Assembly (NCBI RefSeq): GCF_030028105.1
Contig: NC_092386.1
Location: 42,462,347 to 42,526,346 of the forward strand
Direction: 5' to 3'
DNA: 64,000 nt
Origin: Mobula birostris
Taxonomy: Eukaryota
The notes beneath the pieces are model-generated. The model searched no databases. It was not told the origin of the DNA and saw nothing but the letters and a program-made list of their open reading frames with translations. Positions 45,650 to 58,269 of the stretch are shown here, piece after piece. Position numbers and translations under genes: made by a program. How positions within the stretch are numbered: the stretch's first letter is position 1; each line of letters opens with the position of its first letter.

Positions 45650-47220
45650 AAGGAGCACGTGCGCAAAACAAAACGCGACGGAGGCGCGGGTGACGGGTTA
45701 AATCAGGCCACTCCGAAGGGCAAGCGGCGTTATCTCAGAACCTGAAATACACTAGGGCCGTCGTTAGAGGCAAGCGACGAACGATCCTTCCGAGGGTGGG
45801 TTTTACCAAATGGACACGGGAGAAACAACTCTACACCTCGCTGAAGATTGCCGTGGGTCACGATGAAAACACACGCGCCATCTCCGGCCGCACCAGCCTC
45901 AACGTGTGTAACGTACCATCTTAAAATGGCGGCGACTATGAGACAGCGAAATGTGCCGAGCGAGGGATCACTTCCGGCCCGTAAAACTACCGCCACCTCG
46001 CCGTCAACCCACAGCCCAAACCAACCCTCTCCCCCCTGCCCCGGTCCCCTACAACCGCCCAACACCCCGAAGCGGCGAGGCTGCCAAACTCTCCGACCAC
46101 CCGAACAAGCGCCGCTTCTCAAAATGGCGGCCAGGCACTCACACCAGGAGGCTGGCAATCGATTGCCTTTGCCTTGCCCCAGGAGGGCCGATAAACACGC
46201 CTGTCGCCATTTACCCCGTGACTTGACAAAGAGGAAGAGTCTAGCAACGATGACGACGACAGGAGTTTTTTTTAAACCGAGGCCGTAGTCACCAGCCGCT
46301 CCAGGCCCGCAGTCCGGGGGACTCTATTGTTTCAAAAGGCTTAGAGTGGGGATTGGACAATTTCAAATTGGTCTTTTTTTAATCCGCACTTCCACCTTTC
46401 AAGATGTAGCGCAAGAGCTCGCTAAAACTAAAATGTCTGCCACACCGCCCCCAACTTCTGCATTACCGCTGAAGCGCGTGCCGTTCAGCAGAACTTGGCA
46501 TAAAATCGCTTTAAATTATAGCGCTGCTTATTTCGTTGAAAGCTTTAAAACGGATCTGTGAGGGGAAACAGCGGCGAACGATTAGAGTGCAGTACGCGGA
46601 TCGGTGCCCTTACTTACCAAAGCTAAACGCTGCGAAAGGAATCCGAGCTCAGCTTTAAACACAAGCGAAGCAAAATGGATCGCTTCGGTGTGGTGGCGAG
46701 CGTTTTACCCAGAAGCCCCGGCAGTCGCGCACTGATTGGTCCGGATACAAAGCTTTTTCTTAAACCGATGACGTAACTCGGGACATGGCTCGTTGTTATT
46801 CGTTTAGGCGCACGTCAATCAAAACCGTCATCGAGCCCGCACTCTCGTCTCTCTCCCTTTATGAAGTTATTATATAAAATACATGATGTGCGTGCTTTCT
46901 TCTATAATTCTTTACATCGTTTACTTCTAAAAAATGCTTATAACTACGGTCGTGTTAATAATTGTCTGATGTAAATTCTGTTTCGCATATTTTTGGGAAA
47001 GAGCGTACCGTGAAAGAGCTCACGGATGGTAAAGAAAGTAAAGCATCGCGATATTTGGCGGTGCCGCGCGTTTGGCGCGCAATTCGGGGCGTTGCGGTGT
47101 GATGGCGGGCGGTTAGTGCAGCCGGAGTGGGAAGCGGAGGACGTATTGTGGGCATTGGTTGGTAGCAACCTTTGTATCTGCTTTTTGCTGGTCATTATAG
47201 GAAATATCGCGCTAATGATT
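45650..47220. promoter_or_regulatory. CpG island; bidirectional HNRNPK/RMI1 promoter
   Basis: YY1 motifs AAAATGGCGGC at 45923 and 46121; ATTGG 46735; TGACGTAA 46769; E2F sites TTTGGCGG 47054 and TTTGGCGCGC 47071. Confidence 0.85.
46618..46690 (-). other. HNRNPK: HNRNPK non-coding exon 1 (5' boundary approximate)
   Basis: Strong donor TTG|gtaagt at 46618/46617 within the CpG island; CCATTTT near the presumed TSS. Confidence 0.65.
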
Positions 47221-48044
47221 TTATCTAAAGGCCCTTAATAAGTAACTTTGTTCCCATAGACTACATCACTGCTTTGGTTTAAATACAATAGCAATATTTC
47301 AAACTCAGCCTGTTAAGGTTTGGTATATTTTTTGTGCCCTGTGTCTTCAGCTGCTCCTGATTTTTAACGTTTCCGTATGAAGCAATATAAAAAATAACTT
47401 TTGGAAAGCAAACGGCAACGGGACGGAGTCAGTGGAGAGAGAAATTATTACATAAACAAAGTGTCAGGTCTTTGACCTTCTACCAGAACCATCGACCTGA
47501 AACTTTCCTACTCCAGAGACAATGTGACAGACCCGATGGTTTCCAGCGTATTTTGTCTTTATTGATACTGGAATGTTGAGTTAATGTTTATAATTGTGCA
47601 CTAGATGAAATAATGAATTTTCTTCAAAACAAGAGGGAAATGTATTGAAATGTCACTTGTCTGTAGCTAGAAAACATGATAATAATCAAATGGCAATATT
47701 AGTTATGGGGAAAGCTTTTGAGGGTCTTGCAGTACATATGGTTTGCATTGAATGCATCAGGGTAATCTAGGGCTAATCTTTGCATTTATTAAATCCACTG
47801 TATAGAAAGTTAATAAAAGATATTGAGGGTATGGTAGATCAATATAGAAACAACATCTTCGTGATGTGTTGGTAAGACCAACTAAAAGTCAGCTGTATTA
47901 GTATTACATTGGAGTAAAGAGAATTATAGAGGCATGAGGGAGGGGCTGGTTGAAGTTGTTTGCAAAGGGATGATGGCAGAATAGCAATGGCTGGTGTTTC
48001 TGGAAGCAGTTTGGAAGGCGTGAAATAGATACATCCCAAAACAG

Positions 48045-48150
48045 AAGTAGTCCTGCTGAAGGTTCTTGGCCTGAAACATTGACTGCTCTTTTCCATAGAT
48101 GCTACCTGGCCTTCTGAGTTCCTCCAGCATTTTGTGTGTGTTGCTTGAAG
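48045..48150 (+). mobile_element. Penelope terminal-repeat fragment with a mutated hammerhead core
   Basis: agtcctgctgaaggttcttggcctgaaacattgact. Confidence 0.6.
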
Positions 48151-48169
48151 TATTCTAAAGGCAGGATGT

Positions 48170-49550
48170 GGCTGACAAGGGAAGTCAAAGACAACATAAA
48201 AGCAAAAGAGAGAATATATGATTGAGCAAAAATTAATGGGATATTAGGGGATTAAAATGTTTTTAGACACCAACAGAAGGCAACTAAAAGAGCCATAAGG
48301 AGGGAGAAGATGAAAGATAAAGGCAAGCTAGCCAATAATATCAAAAACGATACCAAATATATGAAGAGTCAAAAAAAAAAGGTGACATATAAAGTGGCTG
48401 GAGAGGTAGCAACGGGGAAAAGGAAATGGAGGACGAACTGAATAAGTACTTTGCATCATTCTGCACGGTGGAAGACACTAGCAGTATACCGGAAGTTCAA
48501 GAGTGTCAGGGCAGAAGTGAGTGCAGTAGCTCTTGCTGTGGAATGGGTGCTTGGGAGGCCTGAAGGTAGATAAGTGACCTGGACCAGATGGACTACACCA
48601 CAGGGTTCTGAACAAGGCAGCTGAAGAGATTGTGGAGGCATTAATAATGATCTTCCAAGAATCACTAGATTCTGGTACAGTCTTGAGGACTGGAAAATTG
48701 CAAATATCACTCCACTTTTAAGGAAGGGAGGGAGGCTGAAGAGAAGAAATTATAGGCCAGTTAGCCTGACCTCAGTGGTTGAAAAGATGTTGGAATCAAT
48801 TGTTAAGTGTGAGGTCTTGGGGTACTTGGAGGCTCATGATAAAATGGGCCAAAGCCAGCATTGTTTCTTTGAGGGACTTAGTCCTTGTGTGGACTTCCCT
48901 AAAGGTTAACTTGCAAATTGAGTTGATGGTCAGGAAGGAAATATTAGCATTCATTTCAAGAGGACTAGAATGTAAAAGCAAGGATGTAGTGCTGAGGGTT
49001 TATAATGCATTGGCAAGCTTTCACTTGGAGTATCATGAGCAGTTTTGAGCCCTTTATCTAAGAAAGGATGTGCTGACACGGGAGAGGGTTCACAGGAGAA
49101 TGATTCCTGGAATGAAAGGGTTATCGTATGATGAGTGTTTGATGTTTTTGCGTCTGTACTCACTGGAATTTAGAAGAAGGAGTACCTCATTGAAATCTAG
49201 CGATTGTTGAAAGGTCTAGATGTGGAGAGGATGTTTCCTATAGTGGGGGAATCTAGGACCAGATGGTATAGCCTCAAAATAGAGGGACATCCATTTAGAA
49301 CGGAGAAGAGGAGGAATTTCTTTAGACAGATGGTGGTGAATCTGCACTTCATTGCCACAAGTGGCTTGGGGGCCAGGTTATTAGGTGTATTTAAAGTGGA
49401 AGTTGATAAGCTCTTGATTAGCAAAGGTGTGAAAGGTTATGGGGGGGAAGGCAGGAGAATGGGGTTGAAAGGGAAAGTGGATCAGCCATGATGAAATAGC
49501 AGAGCAGACGCAATGAGCCGAATGGCCTAATTCTGCTCTTATGTCATTTG
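48170..49550 (+). mobile_element. CR1 LINE, internally deleted
   Basis: Degenerate RT-region and 3' coding remnants plus CR1 tail. Confidence 0.8.
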
Positions 49551-50594
49551 ATGGTATTAAATGTAACGTTAAATTGATAGCTTTTCTGCACTGAATGTCA
49601 AAAAGGTTCTGTAAATAAACTGCCACTTTAGTGATGTTTATTTTTGTCCTGGCAATCACTAATCTACAAAGAAAATACATACACAGGTGATAACTGCGAT
49701 CTGCTTCATGAGGATAACTTGATTCTTCCCATAAATCCAGTTATCAAATGTGTTTGGAGTGAAGAGGGAGAGGATGTCATATTATGGCAATAAATTAATA
49801 AGAATATGAGAATAAGTTAAATATTCTAGCAGACACCAGGATGTTCCATTGCGCGACTCGAAAATGTTAATAGTGATCAGCGCACTAACAATTACCCCAC
49901 CTGTGGCAAAAGTCACCAAATGTTTTAGGAGAAATTGTAAACGAAATACAACTGAACAAAACAAAGGAAACTGCCAAGGATGGTGATAGAAATAATAACT
50001 TAAATTAACCAAAATGTCATAAACTTGGAAACAGTACAAAGATTGTGATGTTAATTGGAGATATTTAAGGAATTTAAATCTCTGCTGTATTTGTATAGCC
50101 AAAGTGAGGCCATCAGTATGGTGCTGGTGAGTAAGTATCTATTATAAGTTATACTTTCTTTAGGTGGGTGGGAGAAGAATTGGGAATACATCTGTGGGCA
50201 TATAAGAGAGTAGGCTGTAGGGAAGTTGATACAGGAATGGGATTGCGCTGCAATATGGAATGGACTAAAATAGCTACCTTCTATATAACAAGAATACAAT
50301 AAAAAGTTGGTATTTATTTAGTGTTTATTTTTAATTTCAGTGCTCCAAAACAATTTATAAAATACTTTTGAAATGCAATCTCTAATTCATTTTGAAAATA
50401 TTTCCACTTTGAACTGTCAAATGTTAATTTGTGTAATGTGCAACGTAATGAACATCAGTTTCAGAAACCACACTATATTGGTGACCCATTAAGCTATTAA
50501 AATGCAGCTACTAGTAGTAATATCAGTAAAGTTTTTTGTGATTCTTCAGGTCTCGTGGATTTTAAGAACATGAAGTTCAGGATAGAAAATTGAA

Positions 50595-52541
50595 ATGATT
50601 TCCGCAAGAGTAGAAACATGGCTGGAAGCAACATGGCATGTCAAAGTTCCTTCACATTGGCTTCAAGCATGCTTAGATTGGATTCAACAAGAGAACCAAG
50701 GTACTAATTTAACACAGGCTGTTATCAATAAACAAGTATTTGAGCAATGGCTTCTTACTGACCTCAGGGATCTGGACTACCAAATTTTGCCAGATGGAAT
50801 CTCAGAAATGCATAAAAGTGAGCTCAGTGGATTTTACTGTTTGCAAGTTGATTCATTGGTTGATGTCAGTCAACCTGCATACAGCCAGCTGCAAAAAGTT
50901 AGGGGTAAGGACATCACTAATGAACAAGTAACTTCAACAGAAATATCTCAGAGATCTTGGGAAGCCAAACCAACTCGAATGTTAATGTTGCAATTAACTG
51001 ATGGAGTCCAGGAGCTCCAAGCAATGGAATACCAACCTGTAACTGCTCTTCATTGCAACCTATCACCGGGCACAAAAATCTTGTTGCTGGGTAATATTGC
51101 TTGCCGATTAGGAGTCCTGCTGCTGAAACCTGAAAATGTGAGGGTCCTTGGGGGTGAAGTGGAGACCCTTGTGGAAGAAAATTCCCAAGAGAGAATACTT
51201 GCAAGGTTAATTGGAGAATCAGATGATGCTGCTGTAGCAAGAATGAATAGTAATGATCAACCTATTGTTGAAAGGACTAATGGGATGCCACTACTGCTGG
51301 AACCTTCCGATGATGAGCTATTAGCTGGCTTTGATGATGATGATCTGTTTTTGGACCCCAATTTGGATTCTGAAAGTGGATATGGTAGTAAGACAGGCAA
51401 TTTGAGCAGTGTCTCAGATAGTATACATCACCCAATCAGTGCTCTGGATGATCAAGGGCAACACAGGGAGTGCCAGTCATCACAAATGTCCAGAGAATTT
51501 CGAAGTGAAGATTTACAAGACAACGTTGATGAAGATTTTGATGAGTTTCCCTTGGATGAACTTGATGATGATTTGTTTACTGCGGAAATGGAGCCAACTG
51601 GAGAAATAAATAAATCCCCTAAATCTCACATATTGTTAGCAGGGGAATTGCAGAGAAGTAATAAAAGATGCATTGAATTTGTGGGAGAAAATAGCAAATC
51701 TAGCCTATGTCAAGAGCCAAGTGTAAAAGCTGTTGATATTTGTTCTAACCAGAGGTTACAAAGCCATCTTAAACATTTTACAAGCAGTAGATATACTGAT
51801 AATGCAGAGGAGTGTTCCATGCTAGGTAATTTAAATACTCAAAATTCACACTGTTTACTAAGAAAATCGGGCATTAACTCTGTGGATAGAAATATAAATA
51901 TTGCCACTATGGAACAAGAATATAAACAGCATGTGGTATGTGACCTCCCTGACAAGAGACTATTTCATGTCACTAATTCTGAAAATGTATATGTTACATC
52001 TGAATTAATTAGAAAATCTTCCAGCAGTGGAGATAGTAGTAAACAAACTTGTGAGCAGGTAGGCAACTCAAAAGGAACAAGATATCACAGTGGTTCAATA
52101 GAATTGAAATCTCCACCATTTACATATCTAAAAATTCTTTTGGATAAGAAGCCTGATGTAAAAACTGTGGTACAAATCAAAGGCTTCATTGTTACATTAC
52201 TTGACAAACTTACAAGTAATAATGGTCTTTGGAGCATCAGAGCTAAAATATCAGATGGTACTGCCTACATGGATGTGGAACTTGAGGATGACATTTTAAG
52301 AAATCTAATTGGTTTCTCAGTAGATGAAATGAGAGTCTCAATAAAATGCCCCAACAAACAGAAAGAAGTGACTGCAGGGTTGCAGAAATGCCAACAGGAG
52401 TTGGTGGACCTTTGTTGTCTGATGACCATTGAATTTAATCCAATTCTTACTGCTGCTAGAATTGTGACTCTCCATGAAGTAAGTGTAGATGATCTACAAG
52501 CATTGAAACATCGTGTACACAAAGAAAAGATTGTTAGATAG
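50595..52541 (+). CDS. RMI1: RecQ-mediated genome instability protein 1, 648 aa, single coding exon
   Basis: N-terminal WHVKVP..WLLTDLRDL; OB fold RMLMLQLTDG..LSPGTKILL; acidic linker; C-terminal OB fold PPFTYL..ISDGTAYMDV; acceptor ttcag at 50549; AATAAA at 52637. Confidence 0.97.
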   Translation: MISARVETWLEATWHVKVPSHWLQACLDWIQQENQGTNLTQAVINKQVFEQWLLTDLRDLDYQILPDGISEMHKSELSGFYCLQVDSLVDVSQPAYSQLQKVRGKDITNEQVTSTEISQRSWEAKPTRMLMLQLTDGVQELQAMEYQPVTALHCNLSPGTKILLLGNIACRLGVLLLKPENVRVLGGEVETLVEENSQERILARLIGESDDAAVARMNSNDQPIVERTNGMPLLLEPSDDELLAGFDDDDLFLDPNLDSESGYGSKTGNLSSVSDSIHHPISALDDQGQHRECQSSQMSREFRSEDLQDNVDEDFDEFPLDELDDDLFTAEMEPTGEINKSPKSHILLAGELQRSNKRCIEFVGENSKSSLCQEPSVKAVDICSNQRLQSHLKHFTSSRYTDNAEECSMLGNLNTQNSHCLLRKSGINSVDRNINIATMEQEYKQHVVCDLPDKRLFHVTNSENVYVTSELIRKSSSSGDSSKQTCEQVGNSKGTRYHSGSIELKSPPFTYLKILLDKKPDVKTVVQIKGFIVTLLDKLTSNNGLWSIRAKISDGTAYMDVELEDDILRNLIGFSVDEMRVSIKCPNKQKEVTAGLQKCQQELVDLCCLMTIEFNPILTAARIVTLHEVSVDDLQALKHRVHKEKIVR

Positions 52542-53077
52542 TTAACTAACTGGTGATATTGCCATATGTTCTCTCATGACGTGTTTAATCAAATGAAAAT
52601 TAAATGTTTTTGTTATTTGTGAAACTTACTATAAGGAATAAACTTTTCTAAAAATTATTTCAAACTTCTTCAGTTTTAAACTTCTAGCAGAATGAATTAT
52701 CTTTGTGTTTATTTGTAGTTTTTTGCCAAATGTAAGAAGACTAAAGTAATAGAAATTTTCAAATAATAGAAAGAAAATTCTGTTTGTTTTTGTCGTAGAG
52801 TAATAAAGCCGGGAAACAGGCTCTTTGGCCTACCTGATCCATGGTGACCACAGCTTCCTCCCTGGTAGTCCAAGTGGCCTGCATTCTGCCCGTAACCCTA
52901 CAAGCCCCTCCTTCTCCATATACATATACAAATGCCTCTTAAGTGTTGTAATTGTATCTGCTCAACCACTTCCTTTGGCATCTCATTTTGGTACTGTCTA
53001 TCCTCTGTGTAAAGATGTTACCTCTCAGGTTTCTTAAATCTTTCCCTTCTTGTTCCACTTAGTTTAGGATTTAGAAC

Positions 53078-54287
53078 TATGAAAATGGACAAGGGAGAGC
53101 CAGTGGATGTAGTGTACCTGGACTTTCAGAAAGCCTTTGATAAGGTCCCACGTAGGAGATTAGTGGGCAAAATTAGAGCACATGGTATTGGGGGTAGTGT
53201 ACTGACATGGATAGAAAATTGGTTGGCGGACAGGAAACAGAATAGGGATTAACGGGCCCCTTTCAGAATGGCAGGGGGTGACTAGTGGGGTACCGCAAGG
53301 CTCGGTGCTGGGACCGCAGCTATTTACAATATACATTAATAATTTAGATGAAGGGATTAAAAGTAACATTAGCAAATTTACAGATGACACAAAGCTGGGT
53401 GGCAGTGTGAAATGTGCGGAGGGTGTTGAGATAATGCAGGATGACTTGGACAGGTTGGGTGAGTGGGCAGATGCAGTTTAGTGTGGATAAATGTGAGGTT
53501 ATCCACTTTGGTGGCAAGAACAGGAAGGCAGATTACTAATTGAATGGTGTCAAGTTAGGAAAAGGGGAAGTACAACGAGATCTAGGTGTACATCAGTCAC
53601 TGAAAGCAAGCATGCAGGTAAAGCAGACATTGAAGAAAGCTAATGACATGTTGGTCTTCATAACAAGGGGAATTGAGTATAGGAGCAAAGAGGTCCTTCT
53701 GCAGTTGTACAGGGCCCTGGTGAGACCACACCTGGAGTATTGTGTACAGTTTTGCTCTCCAAATTTGAGGAAGGACATTCTTGCTATTGAGGGAGTGCAG
53801 CGTAGGTTCACGAGGTTAATTCCCGGGATGGCGGGACTGTCATATGTTGAAAGATTGGAGCGACTGGGCTTGTATACACTGGAATTTAGAAGGATGAGAG
53901 GGGATCTGATTGAAACATATAAGATTATTAAGGGATTGGACACGCTAGAGGCAGGAAACATGTTCCTGATGTTGGGGGAGTCCAGAGCCAGAGGCTGCAA
54001 TTTGAGAATAAGGGGTAGGCCATTTAGAACGGAGTTGAGGAAACACTTTTTCACCCAGGGAGTTGTGGATCCGTGGAATGCTCTGCCTTAGATGGCAGTG
54101 GAGGCCAATTCTCTGGATGCTTTCAAGAAAGAGTTACGATAGAGCTCTTAAAGATAGCGGAGTCAAGGGATATGGGGAGAAAGCAAGAACGGGGTACTGA
54201 TTGTGGATGATCAGCCATGATCACAGTGAATGGCAGTGCTGGTTTGAAAGGCCGAATGGCCTACTCCTGCACCTGTTGTCTATTGAT
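53078..54287 (+). mobile_element. Young 5'-truncated CR1 LINE
   Basis: YLDFQKAFDKV, VTSGVPQGSVLGP, and ORF 53540-54091 containing [10 protein letters not shown]. Confidence 0.9.
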
Positions 54288-54289
54288 TT

Positions 54290-54715
54290 CCCCGATTCTG
54301 GTGGAAAGAATATGACCACCTTATTGATATTCCTTATGATTACATAAACTTCTTAATGAGATCAACCCTCATTCTGCACGCCAGGAACTAAAGATCTAGT
54401 GTGGCCAACCTCCCCCTACAACTCAGACCCTCTAGTCCAGGGCACCATCCTCGTAAATCCCTTTTGCACCCTCTCCAGCTTGACAATGTCTTTACTATTA
54501 ATAGGGTGACCAAAACTGTACACAATCCCCAAGTGTGTCCTCACCAAAGGCTTTATAGCTGCAACAAAAGATCTCAGTCTTGAACTTGATGCCTTGACTG
54601 ATGAAGGCCAGCATACTAAATAATTTCTGACCTCTTCTGTGGCCACATTCAGTGAACTATATACTTGTACTACCAGGTACCTCTGTTCCATTACACTTGA
54701 CACTGCCCTGCCATT
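54290..54715 (-). mobile_element. Older CR1 fragment; continues at 52795-53070 and 61820-62400
   Basis: LVRTHL..KDIVKLERVQKGFTRM remnant. Confidence 0.7.
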
Positions 54716-54719
54716 TAAT

Positions 54720-54990
54720 CAGATGCCACTTTATTAGTTATACCTACTTGTTAATTCAATTATCTAATCAGACAATCACGTGGCATCAACTCAATGCATA
54801 TAAACATGCAGACATGGTTAAGAAGTTCAAATACCAGTCCAAATATTAGAATAGGGAAGAAGCGTGATCCAAGTGACTGACCATGGAAAGATTATTGGCG
54901 CTAGACGTGGTGGCTTGAGTATCTCAGAATCTGCTGATCTGGAATTTTCACGCACAATAGTCTCTTAGGAATTTACAGAAAAGGGTGTGA
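54720..54990. mobile_element. Left part of a Tc1-like element; right part at ~61585-61822
   Basis: Ends gccactttattag and cctaacaaagtggcc are inverted. Confidence 0.55.
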
Positions 54991-55119
54991 AAAACTATGC
55001 AGGAGGGGCAGGATATTGTTTTAGACATAATCGAGTGGGAGGGATTAAAGTGGGGGAGGGGTGGTGTTTCTAGTCAGGGAAACTAGCATGGTAGTGCTCA
55101 GATTGAAGAGCTCAGTCTG

Positions 55120-56705
55120 CTGGTAGTATATAATGCACGTTGGACTCCATGAGGAAGAGCATCATTATTCTCACCTACGGCTAGAAGGGCAAAAGAGGTG
55201 ACATCAGAGATTGGAGGCCCATTTCCCTGATGAATGTAGCTATAAGATCATGTCCAAAGCCATTGCCAGAAGGGTCGAGTCTGTTCTGGGAGAGGTGATC
55301 CACCCAGATCAAACCTGTGCTGTATCTGGTAGGAAGATCTTTGGCAGCCTCGTGCTGCTAGGGGACACCATCTCCTAAATGCAGGACAGGGGGGTGGATG
55401 CTTGCCTGGTCAGCTTGGACCCAGCAGAATTCTTTGTCAGGGTATCACACATGTATATGATGGTTGTGCTCTCCAAAATGGGCTTTTGGGAAGATGCTGG
55501 TGTCTGATTTAGAAGGGCTAAGGTGAGCCATTAAAATTGGCTGCAGCAGACAGGGAAGGCAAAACAGGAATTGGGATTATAGGGAGGGCACTCCCTATCG
55601 ATTACCGGGAAGAGCCTGGTCATCAGGTGTGATGTGCTCTCAGGACTGCTGTATGCGGTGCATCTTTAGCCCCCGCTCCTCTGGATTGGGAATCGCCTGA
55701 GCTGTCTTTAGGTTCATCTGGGGATCCAAGATGGAGCAGTTAGAGGGGCCACAATGCACAAGTCCCTGGAAAATGGGCAAAAACATACCCAATGTTGGCC
55801 TCACCCTGATAACTACCCCGCTGTGTGCCTGTATCAGGCTGTGCATACAGCCTAAATACTTGAGCTCCAAGTACCACTATGTTCCAAGGTTCTATCTGTC
55901 CCCGGTGCTGTAAAGGATGGGTCTGGCCCCATTGCTGTGCAATGTCCCAGTCAGCTGGACAATGCTGCACTACCTGTCTTTTATTGAAGAGACCAAGACC
56001 TTTGACTAAAAGTCCATCAGGCAGTGATCAGCAAGGAACATCCTGCCAACACTACAGGAGTAGGACTTGATAAACATAGTGGGTGGTTTCTTGAGCAGAG
56101 TGTCCAGACCATCTGGCAGAATGCCTCATTGCCAGGCCACACCAACAAGCACCAAGACCTTTCCTGGCTGGCAGTGAGAGGGGTTCTCCCAGTCATATCG
56201 TTCCCGCATATCTGGAGCAACATTCCCATAACGTACTGCCCGCAGGATGACTATGGTGGGGAAGGGACAGTCGCTCACCTCTGTAGACTGGATTTACGAA
56301 GAAGGTATGGTGAAAGGTGAAAGGGCCTGTGTCGCAGTTTATCCAGAGCAGCTGTGTGAAAGAGATTTACGGGTTGTTTTCATGGACACACAGAGAGACA
56401 AAACATAAAGTGTTGCTGGTTGATCATCAATTCGGTGAAGGACGCTCTTTGGTTTGCCCAAAACTTGTTGGTCTGCCAGCACGTTGAGACATCCGTGGAG
56501 AAATGCTTCGGACTGGCACATTCTAGGCTGCAGGTATACATATTGGGGTATGCATTGCACTTGGTTCAACCACTACAAGGCTTCGGTGGAGAAGGATCAC
56601 GGTCCTACTGGAGAGGGAGAGACCGGGTTGGGGGAGGAAACCTAATCATTATTGTAGCAGTGTACCACTGCAGAGTGCCACTCAAGTGGCAGCACTACGT
56701 TCGTG
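55120..56705 (+). mobile_element. Tx1/L1-clade LINE fragment, degenerate
   Basis: WRPISLMNV remnant and WQNASLPGHTNKHQDLSWLAVRGVLPV. Confidence 0.7.
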
Positions 56706-56707
56706 TA

Positions 56708-58129
56708 CATTGCCTATAGAAAGTACTCAACCCCCCCCCCCCGGAAGTTTTCATGTTTATTGTTTAACAATATTGAATCACAGTGGATTTAATTTGGCTT
56801 TTTTAACACTGATCAACAGAAAAAGGCTCTTGTGTCAAAGTGAAAATAGATCTCTATAAAGTGATATAAATTAATTACAAATATAAAACACAAAATAATT
56901 GATTGCAGGAGTATTCACCCCTTTCAAGTCAGTATTTAGTAGATGCGCCTTTGGCAGCAACTTCAGCCTTGAGTCCGTGTGGATAGGTCTCTATTAGCTT
57001 TGTACATCTGGACACTGCAATTTTTCCCCTGTTGTTCTTTACAAAACTGCTCAAGCTCTGTCAGATTGCATGGAGATAGTGAGTGAACAGCCCTTTTCAA
57101 GTCCAGCCACAAATTTTCAATTGGATTGAGGTCTGGACTCTGACTTGGCCACTCCAGGACATTAACTTTGTTGTTTTTAAGCCATTCCTGTGTAGGTTTG
57201 GCTTTATGCTTGGGGTCATTGTCTTGCTGGAAAACAAATCTTCTCTCAAGTTGCAGTTGCCTTGCAGACTGCATCAGATTTTCCTCCAGGATTTCCCTGT
57301 ATTTTGTGCATTTATTTTACCCTCTACCTTCAGAAGCCTTCCAGGGCCTGCTGCAGTGAAGCATCCCCACAGCATGATGCAGCCACCACCATGCTTCAAG
57401 GTAGGGATGATGTAATTTTGATGATGTGTGGTGTTTGGCATAGCATTTAGTCCGATGGCCAAAAAAGCTCAATTTTGTTTTCATCAGACCATAGAACCTT
57501 CTTCCAGCTGACTTCAAAGTCTCCCATATGCCTTCTGGCCTCTGTCACTAATCCCCTTCTTCACGGTCATTCAGTTTTTGAGGTCAGCCTGCTCTAAGCA
57601 GATTTAAGCCATATTCTTTCCATTTCTTGATGATTGACTTAACTGTACTCCAAGGGATATTCAGTGACCTGGAAATTTTCCTGACTTGTGCTTTACAATA
57701 ACTTTTTTTGCAGAGTTGCTTGGATGTTCTTTTGTCTTTGTGGTGTAGTTTTTGCCAGGATACTGACTCACCAGCAATTGGACCTTACAGATACAGGTGT
57801 ATTTTTACTACAGTCAATTGAAACACCTTGATTGCACATGGTGATCTCCATTTAACTAATTATGTGATATCTAAAACGATTTTGCTGCACCAGTGTTGAT
57901 TTGGTGTGTCATATTAAAGGGGGTGAATACTGATGCAATCAATTATTTTGTGTTTTACATTTGTAATTAATTTAGATCACGTTGTAGAGATCTGTTTTCA
58001 CTTTGATATGAAAGAGATTTTCTGTTGATCAGTGTAAAAAAAACAAATTAAATCCACTGTGATTCAATGTTGTAAAGCAATAAAATATGAAAACTTCCAA
58101 GGGGGGGTGAATACTTTTTATAGGCACTG
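56708..58129 (-). mobile_element. Tc1-family transposon with long IR/DR-type TIRs; defective transposase
   Basis: TA at both flanks; ~220-bp inverted ends with repeated gtattcacccc; FQQDNDPKH and [15 protein letters not shown] motifs. Confidence 0.92.
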
Positions 58130-58269
58130 TATATGAAAACAATAGAACAGTACAGAAAGCATTGACCACGTAAGTAAAGAATGAAATGTAATTGAGCAGT
58201 TTATTCTTGTAAATATTTTTAGTTATCAGTAAAGTTTGTTTTTATGAAAATATAGCTAGATACTACATC

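Noticed and set aside
45730-46288. ORFs of 91-146 aa in the CpG island (also 1462-2105)
   Set aside because: Low-complexity products of GC-rich promoter/intron DNA with no recognisable motifs
53540-54091. 183-aa ORF (and 27951-28475, 24741-25160) as host genes
   Set aside because: CR1 ORF2 fragments
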